DNA of 64,000 nucleotides from a virus (Duplodnaviria; Caudoviricetes): positions 1-64,000 of IMG/VR virus record IMGVR_UViG_2675903038_000001, one strand, 5' to 3'. Both the position numbers and the translations under genes were made by a program. Below are positions 19,431 to 28,894 of the stretch, piece by piece (within the stretch, counting starts at the first letter, position 1; every line of letters starts with the position of its first letter). The notes under the pieces are model-generated. The model was given only the letters and a program-made list of their open reading frames with translations. It had not been told where the DNA came from and ran no database searches.

Positions 19431-19615
19431 GCGGGGAGCATTTTTACAGTTGCGCAATCGTCGATAGAAATAACCATCCGCTACATGACACATCAATGTC
19501 TGGATTGAATGAGAAAGACCTGCAGAAAGTCGCGGATATCTACAATGATGCAGCGCCTATGAATGCGGATACTAACGCGCCATACCGTGTGGTTAAGCTG
19601 TTTTTCAAGGATTAG
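19427..19615 (+). CDS. Hypothetical protein
   Basis: ATGA-coupled ORF. Confidence 0.5.
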   Translation: MSGEHFYSCAIVDRNNHPLHDTSMSGLNEKDLQKVADIYNDAAPMNADTNAPYRVVKLFFKD

Positions 19616-19621
19616 AGAGAG

Positions 19622-20101
19622 ATGCAGCAGGTTCGCAAGAAACCGGTAAAGGAAAAAATATTCTTCCGCGTAGCCAAGGGGGCGCTAGTGCCTGCAGATT
19701 CTTACGCTCAGGAGCGTTTAAGGGCGCGTAAGTATCATGTGAATGACGTGGTGGCGGTGAGTATATCCAAACTTCGTTCGCTAGGATTTAACCGCCTGGT
19801 TCACCGGATAGGGCAGCTGGTTGTAGCGAATATCCATGATTTCCATGGGATGGATGCACATGATGCGCTTAAAAAGATGCAGCTAGAAGGAAACATTGCC
19901 TGCGATGAAATGATGGTGGATTTTGGTGAGGGTGAAGTGAAATATCGCATACCGAGAAGCTTGTCTTTTGAGTCGATGGAGGAAGGGGAATTCAGGCAGG
20001 TTGCGGTGAAATTTTGCGAGTACATCGCAAATCGGTATTGGCCTGATCTTGATCCAGAGCAGATTGAGCACATGGCTCAGAGTTTTGTGGAGGCAGCATG
20101 A
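19622..20101 (+). CDS. NinB/DUF1367-like protein
   Basis: PRSLSFESMEEGEF motif. Confidence 0.6.
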   Translation: MQQVRKKPVKEKIFFRVAKGALVPADSYAQERLRARKYHVNDVVAVSISKLRSLGFNRLVHRIGQLVVANIHDFHGMDAHDALKKMQLEGNIACDEMMVDFGEGEVKYRIPRSLSFESMEEGEFRQVAVKFCEYIANRYWPDLDPEQIEHMAQSFVEAA

Positions 20102-20760
20102 AGACTATCGGCAAAGCAACTCTGTATCAAGTGGATTGTATGGAGTATATGGCTACATTGCAGGATAAGGCGTTTGAGCTTGCCTTGGTCGATCCGCCTT
20201 ATTTTGATGGGCCACAAAAGCCAGGATATTACAAAGGTACAAAACAAAGATGTGATGTTGGTGCTTACAAAGATGTTTCAAGTAGCTGGACAGTGCCTAA
20301 CCAAAAATACTTTGATGAATTAAAGCGTGTCTCAAGAAACCAGATTATTTGGGGGATAAACTATTTTGATTTCCAGGGTTCTTCTGGTGGGCGTATTGTC
20401 TGGATTAAAGGAGAGCAAGGAAGCCCATTCAGTATGGCGGACATAGCTTATCAATCATTCTATAACCGCATTGATCTATTCAAATATCTTTGGTCTGGTT
20501 TCTGGCAAGAGCCTGGAATACAAAAAGAGGTAAGGATTCATCCTACTCAGAAGCCTACTAAACTCTACGAATTTCTTCTAACCAACTACGCCAAACCAGG
20601 CGACAGAATTTTAGATACGCATCTAGGCTCAGGATCGTCTGCCATCGCTGCCAACAATCTAGGATTTGAGTTTGTTGGGTGTGAACTCGACCTTGATTAC
20701 TACAACGCGGCATGCGAAAGAATAGAGCACCACACTAAGCAGATGAGGCTGTTTGCATGA
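20098..20760 (+). CDS. DNA N6/N4 methyltransferase (beta class)
   Basis: DPPY, HPTQKP, LDTHLGSGS. Confidence 0.9.
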   Translation: MKTIGKATLYQVDCMEYMATLQDKAFELALVDPPYFDGPQKPGYYKGTKQRCDVGAYKDVSSSWTVPNQKYFDELKRVSRNQIIWGINYFDFQGSSGGRIVWIKGEQGSPFSMADIAYQSFYNRIDLFKYLWSGFWQEPGIQKEVRIHPTQKPTKLYEFLLTNYAKPGDRILDTHLGSGSSAIAANNLGFEFVGCELDLDYYNAACERIEHHTKQMRLFA

Positions 20761-21047
20761 CTAAAGCAGAACGCGATCACATGAATTCTGTATCTTCCAC
20801 GGGCTGCATCCTCTGTCGTGAGTTCGATGGTATGAGAACGCCTGGGCAAGTGCATCACGTGGCTGACGGCAGCAATCCACGAAACAGCTACATGACCGTA
20901 TGTTTATGCGAAGCCCATCATACAGGTGAAATCGGATTGCATGGTATTGGCCCGAAAAAGTTTTGCAGATTATTCAAACTTCCAAATGAGTTTTACCTGC
21001 TGGGATTGCAGAACAAGTTTTTAGCGATGGACAGGAGTTTTCTGTGA
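20757..21047 (+). CDS. Ref-like HNH nuclease
   Basis: GCILC..VHH..LCEAHH..GLH. Confidence 0.65.
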   Translation: MTKAERDHMNSVSSTGCILCREFDGMRTPGQVHHVADGSNPRNSYMTVCLCEAHHTGEIGLHGIGPKKFCRLFKLPNEFYLLGLQNKFLAMDRSFL

Positions 21048-21241
21048 CTGAAAATTCAGAGTCGTTCAGGCATCTCTGTGAAATCCAGTACGTGCTCGAT
21101 CTTCCCGACAGGGCAGAGAGAATTAAATATCTGGATGGTGTTGAGAAAAAAAGAGGGTCGGAGGCAGCAAACAAGCTTAGATCAGATGTGTATGACGAAT
21201 ATAAGAGGAGGAAAAATGGAAGCTGCGCGGGCAGTAGATAA
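21044..21241 (+). CDS. Hypothetical protein
   Basis: RHLCE..YLDGVEKKRG common prophage pattern. Confidence 0.55.
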   Translation: MTENSESFRHLCEIQYVLDLPDRAERIKYLDGVEKKRGSEAANKLRSDVYDEYKRRKNGSCAGSR

Positions 21242-21728
21242 AAACTGGATGATTTTGTTTGGGGCGAGCAATGCAGTAGATTCTTTGAAAATACAGGATA
21301 AAGCGCGTGTTGTCAGAGGATCAGCCAGATTCGATGAGGAAGAGGCAGCCGATTATGACCCTGAGTTGGTGAAAATGATAATCGAAGACACGGTAACGAA
21401 TAAAGAGGGCAAGATCATTGATTTATTCGACTGCTCAACTGATCTCCTGCGGATACCTGAGTTAATTGGCACGACGCTAGGGTATGTCCGGAAAACGCTC
21501 ATTAGAGCAGGAAGACTAGCAAAAACAAGCCGATATGGCGGAGGAAAAAGAAAGGTCGTGCAACTCACTCTCGATGGCAAATTTGTTGATGAGTTTGACA
21601 GCCACACGCACGCAGCAGAGATGACCGGGATCGGGCGAGTAAACATAAGCGCGGCATGCTCGGGCGGTCAAAAAACGGCGGGCGGATACATTTTTAAATC
21701 AAAAGAAAAATATCTAGCAGAGGAGTAG
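21216..21728 (+). CDS. NUMOD1-domain DNA-binding protein
   Basis: VVQLTLDGKFVDEFDS..AA..TG..NISAAC.G..KTAGGY; GAGGAGG SD. Confidence 0.75.
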   Translation: MEAARAVDKNWMILFGASNAVDSLKIQDKARVVRGSARFDEEEAADYDPELVKMIIEDTVTNKEGKIIDLFDCSTDLLRIPELIGTTLGYVRKTLIRAGRLAKTSRYGGGKRKVVQLTLDGKFVDEFDSHTHAAEMTGIGRVNISAACSGGQKTAGGYIFKSKEKYLAEE

Positions 21729-21733
21729 AGGTC

Positions 21734-21925
21734 ATGGCTATTTCGTTGAGTGATGAGCGCGGCATCGAGTTGAGAGTCAAGAAATTGAAAGCGTCTGGAA
21801 AAAGTATCAGCAGGATCATAAGCTTGACGGGGGTGCCTCGGTCTAAAGTTCGCGATATTTTGAGAAATAACGGTTTTCTTAAACCGCTCGGTGGCTTAAG
21901 AAAAAAGAATCGGAGGAGCACTTGA
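21734..21925 (+). CDS. Small HTH protein
   Basis: GKSISRIISLTGVPRSKVRDIL. Confidence 0.55.
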   Translation: MAISLSDERGIELRVKKLKASGKSISRIISLTGVPRSKVRDILRNNGFLKPLGGLRKKNRRST

Positions 21926-22389
21926 TTACCAAAATTCTAGCATTAGACCTTGGTGCCAATACTGGATGGGCGATATATCAGGGGGATGGAGCCATCGCGA
22001 GTGGCGTTGAGAGTTTTAAGCCAGGAAGGTTTGAGGGTGGCGGTATGAGATTTTTGCGATTCAAACGCTGGCTGTCTGAAATTAAATCCTCTGTTGAGGG
22101 TATAGACGCAGTTTATTTTGAAGAGGTGCGCAATCACCTGGGAGTAGATGCCGCACATGCATACGGTGGATTTATGGCCCATCTTACCGCTTGGTGCGAG
22201 CATTACCAGATCCCATATCAAGGAGTTCCGGTTGGGACTATAAAAAAAAGCGCAACAGGGAAAGGTAACGCGAACAAGGATGCAATGATAGCGGCTGCAA
22301 AGAGCTTGGGGTACAAACCTGCTGATGACAACGAAGCCGATGCAATCTGCTTGCTGCATTACGCAATGAAGCTGGTGGACGCCGCCTAA
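21922..22389 (+). CDS. RuvC-like Holliday junction resolvase
   Basis: ILALDLG, YFEEV, TGKGNANK, DDNEADA. Confidence 0.85.
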   Translation: MITKILALDLGANTGWAIYQGDGAIASGVESFKPGRFEGGGMRFLRFKRWLSEIKSSVEGIDAVYFEEVRNHLGVDAAHAYGGFMAHLTAWCEHYQIPYQGVPVGTIKKSATGKGNANKDAMIAAAKSLGYKPADDNEADAICLLHYAMKLVDAA

Positions 22390-22390
22390 A

Positions 22391-22585
22391 ATGTATCTAA
22401 CTAAGCTCGCATACAAAGACCCACTCAAAGTGTTGATGGTAAGGGAGTCCAGGACGTGCAAAGGATGCATTCATGAACACCGGGATTTTGCATTCGGACA
22501 GGAAATAGTGGTTTGCACCAGAACGGATGCTGATGGCAGACAACGCAAGCACGGTAGAAGATGTAAGGACTATGAAGAAAATTAA
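22391..22585 (+). CDS. Small Cys-rich protein
   Basis: CKGC...C...CKDY. Confidence 0.5.
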   Translation: MYLTKLAYKDPLKVLMVRESRTCKGCIHEHRDFAFGQEIVVCTRTDADGRQRKHGRRCKDYEEN

Positions 22586-22615
22586 TGGTTGTTAACGCTG
22601 CTTAACTGACAAGGA

Positions 22616-23158
22616 ATGTTGGAGATGGAGCCTATCAAATACTTTTTAAGAGGGGATTGTCCTGGGGAATATTTCGAGTGCAGCAGATTATCTGCAACAC
22701 TGACTAAATCATCGTGCGCCGATATGTGGCGTCAAGCACGCAAGGAAAAAGATAACTTCCGTCTTCATCACTGCAGGAACTGCAAGATAGGCGCAATGCA
22801 TGCCGGAGAGCATGAAATATCTACATCGCGTCTATCAGGTAAAAGAATCTGCGCCAGGTGTCACAGGCCATCCAATCGATTTATCAGCGACAATATTTGT
22901 GTGAGCTGCTACAACAGGCAACAAGAGTGGTTGAAGGGGAAGAATGCTAAAGGCACTAAGCCGATTAAACAAAGGCCATTGAAACCAATGAGTGTGCCGT
23001 ATGTAACTGGTGACGAATTGCATATTGCAAGGGCTGTACTTGCAGAATCGACGAATGAAATGATTATTAGAATGCTGAGAGACAGTCAGAAAAACGTACG
23101 GTTTGGTTTTTATAGAAGGGCGCTTGCGATTGAAGCCAGAGAGTTGGTATCTGACTGA
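22616..23158 (+). CDS. Multi-CxxC protein (candidate late regulator)
   Basis: CRNC, CARC, CVSC; AAGGA SD; position at end of early region. Confidence 0.6.
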   Translation: MLEMEPIKYFLRGDCPGEYFECSRLSATLTKSSCADMWRQARKEKDNFRLHHCRNCKIGAMHAGEHEISTSRLSGKRICARCHRPSNRFISDNICVSCYNRQQEWLKGKNAKGTKPIKQRPLKPMSVPYVTGDELHIARAVLAESTNEMIIRMLRDSQKNVRFGFYRRALAIEARELVSD

Positions 23159-23492
23159 TCATATCTGCCGGAACTGCTTTGGACGCATTCTGGTGAGATA
23201 CAAAAGCCGGGCAATTCGGCGCGTAGAGAATGCGCAACTTGATTTGTTTGCTGACGCTTCTAGTCAGAAAACGATTAAGGAGGCTGCGGGTGAACGTGTC
23301 TGGAGGGAGGTAGGCAAGGTATTCAGATGTGCTGATTGCGGACAGATAGCAGTTTCTGATGATCACAGGGATATCTGTTGCTGTGGTCTCAAGCTGAAAG
23401 ACGGTACTGATTTAGGGATTAGATGTGTGTATTCGGATAATCCAAACGAGCCATATCAAACTGAAATTATAGCCAAGCAGATAGATGATTAA
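23130..23492 (+). CDS. Cys-rich protein
   Basis: HICRNC, CADCG, ICCCG; contains QLDLF. Confidence 0.55.
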   Translation: MKPESWYLTDHICRNCFGRILVRYKSRAIRRVENAQLDLFADASSQKTIKEAAGERVWREVGKVFRCADCGQIAVSDDHRDICCCGLKLKDGTDLGIRCVYSDNPNEPYQTEIIAKQIDD

Positions 23493-23508
23493 TTAAAAGG
23501 AGAAAGAG

Positions 23509-23793
23509 GTGGAAGAACAAAACAATGCAAGTGGAGTGCCAGAGCTTGAAGTCAGCAAGCTCGATATCAAGGATGGTGACATTCTGCTTATTCGTATTCC
23601 CGCCGGGAAGGTGCCCGATAAAGAAGCACAAATGTACTTCTCGGCATTGAGGGATAGATTAACTACTCTGGGCTTTAAAGACGTGACCGTTCTCGTTTTG
23701 GACGCAGAGATTGATATAGAAACGCTTGATGAAAGAATCATGAGTAAGTACGGGTGGGTTAAGGCTCCTAAAGCGGAAAGTATGCTGCATTGA
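23509..23793 (+). CDS. Hypothetical protein
   Basis: AAGGAG SD, GTG start. Confidence 0.6.
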   Translation: MEEQNNASGVPELEVSKLDIKDGDILLIRIPAGKVPDKEAQMYFSALRDRLTTLGFKDVTVLVLDAEIDIETLDERIMSKYGWVKAPKAESMLH

Positions 23794-23798
23794 TTATC

Positions 23799-23815
23799 GA
23801 TCGTGATGTTAGGTT
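23799..23815 (+). promoter_or_regulatory. Late-promoter motif (packaging operon)
   Basis: GATCGTGA-tgt-TAGGTT. Confidence 0.45.
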
Positions 23816-23870
23816 AATGTGTGTTCCGGCAAGAGTACAAATCACAATAAACTGGATAGCAATTAAACAC

Positions 23871-24080
23871 ATGACATTACCTTACGATGTGGAGAGATGT
23901 AAAGGAAAGAACGCGCTTTTGTGTCAACGATGCATGCGGCGCGAACCGGGCGACCAGGTTGCGCGGTGGTTTATCACTCCGGCTTTGACGCTGGATGGCT
24001 GCCAGAATTTTATTGGTTATTCATTCCTGAACGCCAGAACGATAGAGGGAGGGCTGGTAAGTGGCTCGACTAACTCCTGA
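23871..24080 (+). CDS. Small Cys protein
   Basis: MTLPYDVERC..CQRC..C. Confidence 0.5.
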   Translation: MTLPYDVERCKGKNALLCQRCMRREPGDQVARWFITPALTLDGCQNFIGYSFLNARTIEGGLVSGSTNS

Positions 24081-24579
24081 GCAATGGAATGATATTCGTG
24101 CCAAATTTGAAGTAGGCGCTTCTGCCAGAGAGTTATCCGTGATATTCGGTATTTCTCATACGGCAATTAATAAAAAGGCCGAGAAAGAAGGATGGACGCG
24201 GAGTATTGAACCGGCGATCAGGCGGAAAGTTTCCGAGAAAGTTTCCGGCTATGTTTCCAGTGACAACCTTTCAAAACGGGCTGAGGCGATTGATGCTGAA
24301 GCGGAGCGCCGTGCCGCCGTTATTGAACGGCATCGTGAAGAATGGCCGACGGTTCGCGAGATGGTGGAGGCAGGCTGCAAAACGCATAGTGAGGCATCAA
24401 GTCTTGAGGAAAAGCGTATCGCATTCGAAGACTTGAAAGCAGCCAAGATTGCGAGTGAAACGTTGAAGATCATTCAGGATGGGGAGAGGAAAGCTTGGAA
24501 TTTAGATCAAATTGTGGACGTGACGACGCTTACGGATGAGCAATTGGCGGCGATAGCTAAAGGGAGAATGCCAGTTTAA
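24061..24579 (+). CDS. terS: Terminase small subunit
   Basis: N-terminal HTH (AINKKAEKEGW), C-terminal LTDEQL, upstream of terL. Confidence 0.75.
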   Translation: MARLTPEQWNDIRAKFEVGASARELSVIFGISHTAINKKAEKEGWTRSIEPAIRRKVSEKVSGYVSSDNLSKRAEAIDAEAERRAAVIERHREEWPTVREMVEAGCKTHSEASSLEEKRIAFEDLKAAKIASETLKIIQDGERKAWNLDQIVDVTTLTDEQLAAIAKGRMPV

Positions 24580-24589
24580 TTACAAGAAC

Positions 24590-25501
24590 ATGGTGACTGC
24601 TAAAGATATGACCGGAATGGTGTTTGGTCGCCTCACGGTAATTCGTCGTGATTCCGAAAGAAAAAGCCATTCTGGTTCAAGGTGGATATGCCGTTGTGAA
24701 TGCGGCAACGAGAAATCCATAATTCGAGGCAATCTAATCAGTGGACAAATCAAGTCATGTGGTTGCCTCCTTCTTGGCGATCCAGCTAAGGTTTGCGGGC
24801 GAACACTTGGCGTATCCATTAATTATTTGCCAGGAGAGAGGTTTGGTCGTTTGGTCGTAATTTCTACATGCGAATCTAAAAAAGGAATGTCTCAATTCAA
24901 TACGCGCTGTGATTGTGGAAAGGATGTTACGGTTACAGGTCTGTATTTAAGAAAAAGCAAGAATCCTTCGTGTGGTTGCTACGAGTATGAAAACGCTAGA
25001 AATAGGCGATTGATAAATTTATCTGGCGAGCGATTTGGCAAACTTACTGCTGTTGAGCGATCTGGAAAAAATTCTTCAGGCCACACATTGTGGTTGTGCA
25101 AATGTGACTGTGGATGTGAAAAGAAAGTTTCTCTTTCTTCATTGCGAAGTGGGCGCACTATTTCATGCGGGTGCGCTAAATCAGATAGTGTCGTTTGGAT
25201 GCCAAATAATGCACTCAGATATTCTCGCCATCGAGGTTCTATTCGTCGTGCGTTGAGGCATGGTGCTAATGGAAAATTCACAGAGAAAGAGATTGAAGAA
25301 TTAAATGAAAAACAAAAAGGTCGCTGTGCTTATTGTGGTGCAAAGTTTGGTAACTCATATGATCGCGATCACATTCAGCCTCTGAGCAAAGGTGGAAGTA
25401 ACGCGATTGACAATATTCAATTGTTATGTCGATCTTGCAATGGTCGTAAAAATGCCAAAGACCCGTTTACATGGGCTAATGAGATTGGGATGCTGTTGTA
25501 A
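24590..25501 (+). CDS. HNH homing endonuclease with three tandem Cys repeats
   Basis: 3x G.(R/V)FG.L..C.C(E/D)CG..SCGC then CAYC..DHIQPLSKGG..NIQLLCRSCN. Confidence 0.85.
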   Translation: MVTAKDMTGMVFGRLTVIRRDSERKSHSGSRWICRCECGNEKSIIRGNLISGQIKSCGCLLLGDPAKVCGRTLGVSINYLPGERFGRLVVISTCESKKGMSQFNTRCDCGKDVTVTGLYLRKSKNPSCGCYEYENARNRRLINLSGERFGKLTAVERSGKNSSGHTLWLCKCDCGCEKKVSLSSLRSGRTISCGCAKSDSVVWMPNNALRYSRHRGSIRRALRHGANGKFTEKEIEELNEKQKGRCAYCGAKFGNSYDRDHIQPLSKGGSNAIDNIQLLCRSCNGRKNAKDPFTWANEIGMLL

Positions 25502-27024
25502 TGGTTATTCCGTTATCTATTCGGGCAGCGGCTGAGCTGGAAATTCGCCGCCGCCGCACAGAAGAACTTAAGCGGATTAATGGTGATTCGGAAACTATAC
25601 GTGAGCGTTTGGGAATGCCGCAGCTTCACCCTGCTCAAATAAGAATGCTCGCAGAAAGTCGACGTTACAATGTCGCTTCGTGTGGCAGAAGGTTCGGGAA
25701 AACTTTCCTCTCTGCTGATGTGCTCCTTGATGGCCCTCGCAAAAAGGGAGCGCTTCATGGGTACCCGGTGGCGTTGTATGCCCCCACCTATCAAACCATG
25801 CTTGAATCGTGGCGGAATCTAGTTTATCTGCTGAAACCCATTACTTCCCAGAAATCAGAACAGAATAAGCGTATTGACCTAAATACTGGTGGGTGTATTG
25901 AGTTCTGGTCATTGGACAATCCTGATGCTGGCCGGGGCAGGAAGTATGCCACGGTAGTTATCGATGAGGCCGCCATGATAAAACGACTGGAAGAATCATG
26001 GAGTCAGAACATACAGCCGCTTTTGCTTGATTACCAAGGAGAGGCATGGATTGTTAGCACTCCGAAGGGTGATAATTTCTTCAAGACTCTGTTTGATTAT
26101 GGTCATGCCGCAAATCCGGCGCGAGATGACCAATGGCAATCCTGGCAGATACCGACTTGGGAAAATCCTCATATCAATCGGGAAGACATTGAAAGAATGC
26201 GCTCTAGCATGCCTCGTTTGGCGTTCATGCAGGAGATCGAGGCGCAATTCGTAACTTTCGCTGGCACGTTCATTAAGGCAGAGCATCTCCATAGCGGTCA
26301 GCCACCGGAGGGTATGACGCTGTATCAGGGAGTTGATCTTGCAATTTCAATGAAGGAAAACGCTGACTATACTGCAATTGTTACTGTTGGTGTGGATAAG
26401 AACACAGGCCGCGTGTGGATAGTAGATGCAGAACGAAGGCGAGTTGGTTTCCGGGATGCGTTGGATTTTATCCAAAGTAAAGCGGAAAGATGGCGCCCAG
26501 AATCGATTGCTATTGAAGTGGTGCAATATCAGGCTGCTGTAGTAGAGGAATTATTGCGCTCTACCGATCTTCCTGTGCGACAGGTAAGACCAGATAAAGA
26601 TAAATTGACGCGTGCACAAGGCTTGATTACACGATACGAGAACGGGCTTGTCTGGCATGCAGAGACACTTCCACAAGAGTTTATCAACGAACTATTATCG
26701 TTTGGCCCGGACTGTGAGCATGATGATATGGTCGATGCCGCTGTTTATGGATACATGATGACTGGAGACTATGGGAAAACATTATTTATTCTGCCAAAAA
26801 ATCCTGAGACAGAAGTGATGCAGAAACGTCAAGAAATGGTCGAAAAGGGTATGCCTGGCTTACCTGATGGCGTGATGGGAATACTCGAAAAGCAGCCTAC
26901 GGAAGGCGAAGTGTGCGGCAATTGCACGGCGTTCAACTCTGAAACCAAGCTGTGTGAAGAGCGGCACGTGAAGGTGCGTGCACACGATCCTGGATGTTCA
27001 TTATTTGTGGAGGCGGAGGGTTGA
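25501..27024 (+). CDS. terL: Terminase large subunit
   Basis: GRRFGKT Walker A, VVIDEAA Walker B, GVDLA and HDDMVDA nuclease motifs. Confidence 0.93.
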   Translation: MVIPLSIRAAAELEIRRRRTEELKRINGDSETIRERLGMPQLHPAQIRMLAESRRYNVASCGRRFGKTFLSADVLLDGPRKKGALHGYPVALYAPTYQTMLESWRNLVYLLKPITSQKSEQNKRIDLNTGGCIEFWSLDNPDAGRGRKYATVVIDEAAMIKRLEESWSQNIQPLLLDYQGEAWIVSTPKGDNFFKTLFDYGHAANPARDDQWQSWQIPTWENPHINREDIERMRSSMPRLAFMQEIEAQFVTFAGTFIKAEHLHSGQPPEGMTLYQGVDLAISMKENADYTAIVTVGVDKNTGRVWIVDAERRRVGFRDALDFIQSKAERWRPESIAIEVVQYQAAVVEELLRSTDLPVRQVRPDKDKLTRAQGLITRYENGLVWHAETLPQEFINELLSFGPDCEHDDMVDAAVYGYMMTGDYGKTLFILPKNPETEVMQKRQEMVEKGMPGLPDGVMGILEKQPTEGEVCGNCTAFNSETKLCEERHVKVRAHDPGCSLFVEAEG

Positions 27025-27050
27025 AATAAATAAAAATCTAATTGGCTATT

Positions 27051-27109
27051 ATTCTACTTTTGAAATAACCGGCGCGCTTTAGCACGTCCGGTTGATTGAA
27101 TCGTTGGGT
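27051..27109 (-). other. Integron attC site (59 bp), R' degenerate
   Basis: Minus strand ACCCAAC-GATTC-AATCAACC...GGTTATT-TCAAAA-GTAGAAT; extra base in L''. Confidence 0.7.
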
Positions 27110-27113
27110 GTGC

Positions 27114-27512
27114 TCACGGTTGCGCCATGAGCGCTTCATAGCCCCACACGATGCAGAGCGTAGCCAACAGTAGCCAAATTGCGATAATTGCTGCGCCAGC
27201 AACCCGACTTACTGGTTTTTCATTTTTAATGGTTTCCTGTGCTCGTGCTCGGCATTCAGCCAGAACGGAATGGGGAATCAGCTTGATTGCCAATGCAATA
27301 CCCAGAGGTATCAGGATGAAATCATCCAGGTAGCCAAGAACAGGTACAAAGTCCGGAATAAGATCAATAGGGCTGATGGCATAAGCAACGATACCGGCAA
27401 CGAGAAGCTTGGTATACCAAGGTGTCCGTGGGTCACGGGCAGCAAGGTAAAGCGCAAAGGTTTCCGCCTTGAGATGGCGCGCGCGTTGTTTCAATTTTTC
27501 GAGCACTACCAC
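27114..27512 (-). CDS. YkvA/DUF1232 membrane protein in integron-type cassette
   Basis: YAISPIDLIPDFVPVLGYLDD; preceded by GTTGGGC core, followed by attC. Confidence 0.9.
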   Translation of the reverse strand: MVVLEKLKQRARHLKAETFALYLAARDPRTPWYTKLLVAGIVAYAISPIDLIPDFVPVLGYLDDFILIPLGIALAIKLIPHSVLAECRARAQETIKNEKPVSRVAGAAIIAIWLLLATLCIVWGYEALMAQP

Positions 27513-27681
27513 TGTCTCGCTAAATAGACGCCCAACGAAATTAGACCTCCGAAATGACGCAATACATTACGTCAAAATTGAAATATAACTCAGAAAGTTG
27601 CATGCTATTTTCTTATGATTAATAGAATTGCGTCGATTTAGCTTTCATCATAATAACAATCTTCGCTAGATCCACAAATAT

Positions 27682-28014
27682 ATGAAATTTATATACGCAT
27701 TACTAACCATTTTTATTTCCCATCTGGCATTTGCTTCTGGAGATCACATCCAACCAGATAAGTTGGGCGGCTATTTCACCAATGAAGGCCACTACCAATC
27801 AGACAGGATGGGCGGCTACTATGCGCCAAATGGTGGCCATATCCAATCCGATGGTAGGGGTGGATTCCTCACTAAAGATGGACATATTCAACCCGATAAT
27901 ATGGGTGGATATTTCACCCCGGAAGGACATTATCAATCGGATGGCAGAGGTGGGTACCTCACCCCTGATGGCAAGCATATTCAGTCAGATGGGATGGGGG
28001 GATGGTACAGATAA
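27682..28014 (+). CDS. Secreted repeat protein
   Basis: Signal peptide then six H[IY]Q[PS]DxxGG[YFW] repeats. Confidence 0.75.
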   Translation: MKFIYALLTIFISHLAFASGDHIQPDKLGGYFTNEGHYQSDRMGGYYAPNGGHIQSDGRGGFLTKDGHIQPDNMGGYFTPEGHYQSDGRGGYLTPDGKHIQSDGMGGWYR

Positions 28015-28107
28015 AGAAAATACAAATGATAGACATTTAATTGCTATTATCGAAAAATCATTGGAACTTATCTGAAGATAGACCAGCTTGAATCATTTCA
28101 GGCACTG

Positions 28108-28502
28108 ATGACCAACGTACCGGATGAGAGTTTGTTACCCTGCATCCTACAGGAGATAGCTGAGCTAATCGGTCTGCCCGCCACGCTCAAGCTAGCTCAG
28201 CACTATGGCGGCGTGCGCCTGTATGTGCCCATAAGCAACTGCTAGAAGATCACACGCTGATCGATATCGTGGGTATTGATGCTGCGCTCAAGTTGGTAGA
28301 GCTCTTCGGAGGGCTGGATCACTTCGGCATCCCCAAAGCACAAGCCATCAGCGTCGCGCTGCGCAACAGCAAAATCCGCGAGGAATGGCCAACACTTAGC
28401 CAACGCCAGCTTGCGCTCAAATATGGCCTCACTGAGAGGCAAGTGCGCAAGATTCTGGCGGTTGAACAGCAGGAAGAATCAAGGCAGATGGGGTTGTTTT
28501 AA
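28108..28502 (+). pseudogene. Mor/C-family activator, frameshifted
   Basis: MTNVPDESLLPCILQEIAELIGLPATLKLAQHYGGVRLYVP stops near 28245; other frame continues KQLLEDH..ALRNSKI..LALKYGLTERQVRKIL. Confidence 0.8.
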
Positions 28503-28894
28503 GGACAAACAAAAAATAACCCGGTGAGCAATGTAGAACTTACCGAGCTTGAAGGAATGAAAATACAATTGTTGTATGTTGTTTAACGGCTGAGATTGCA
28601 AAAACTTTAGCTTGTTTTTGGAGTACCCGGAATAAACATTACCCTGTTTCAATAAAAAGCAGTTGCTTACTGTCTTGCCCATGAAAATTGTGGACACTAA
28701 ACTAGCACCTACTGAAAGTAGACGGGTTAGCGAAGATTGGATGTGGCGACTAAAATCGTCTACTCGCATCAAGCTAAACGCGCATGAGTCAACACATTTA
28801 AAGTCAAGGCAACTGTCTGAAGACGGTGGTTTTTACCAAATTTATAAAAATAAAATGATTCAACCTCTAAAACCTATGAATACTAGGAATAGCA

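Noticed and set aside
24645-24661. GTCGTGA inside the HNH gene
   Set aside because: No -10-like hexamer at 3-nt spacing; coding context
27730-28010. ~45-nt periodicity resembling a CRISPR array
   Set aside because: Degenerate protein-coding repeats with no unique spacers; no CRISPR array or cas operon seen in the window
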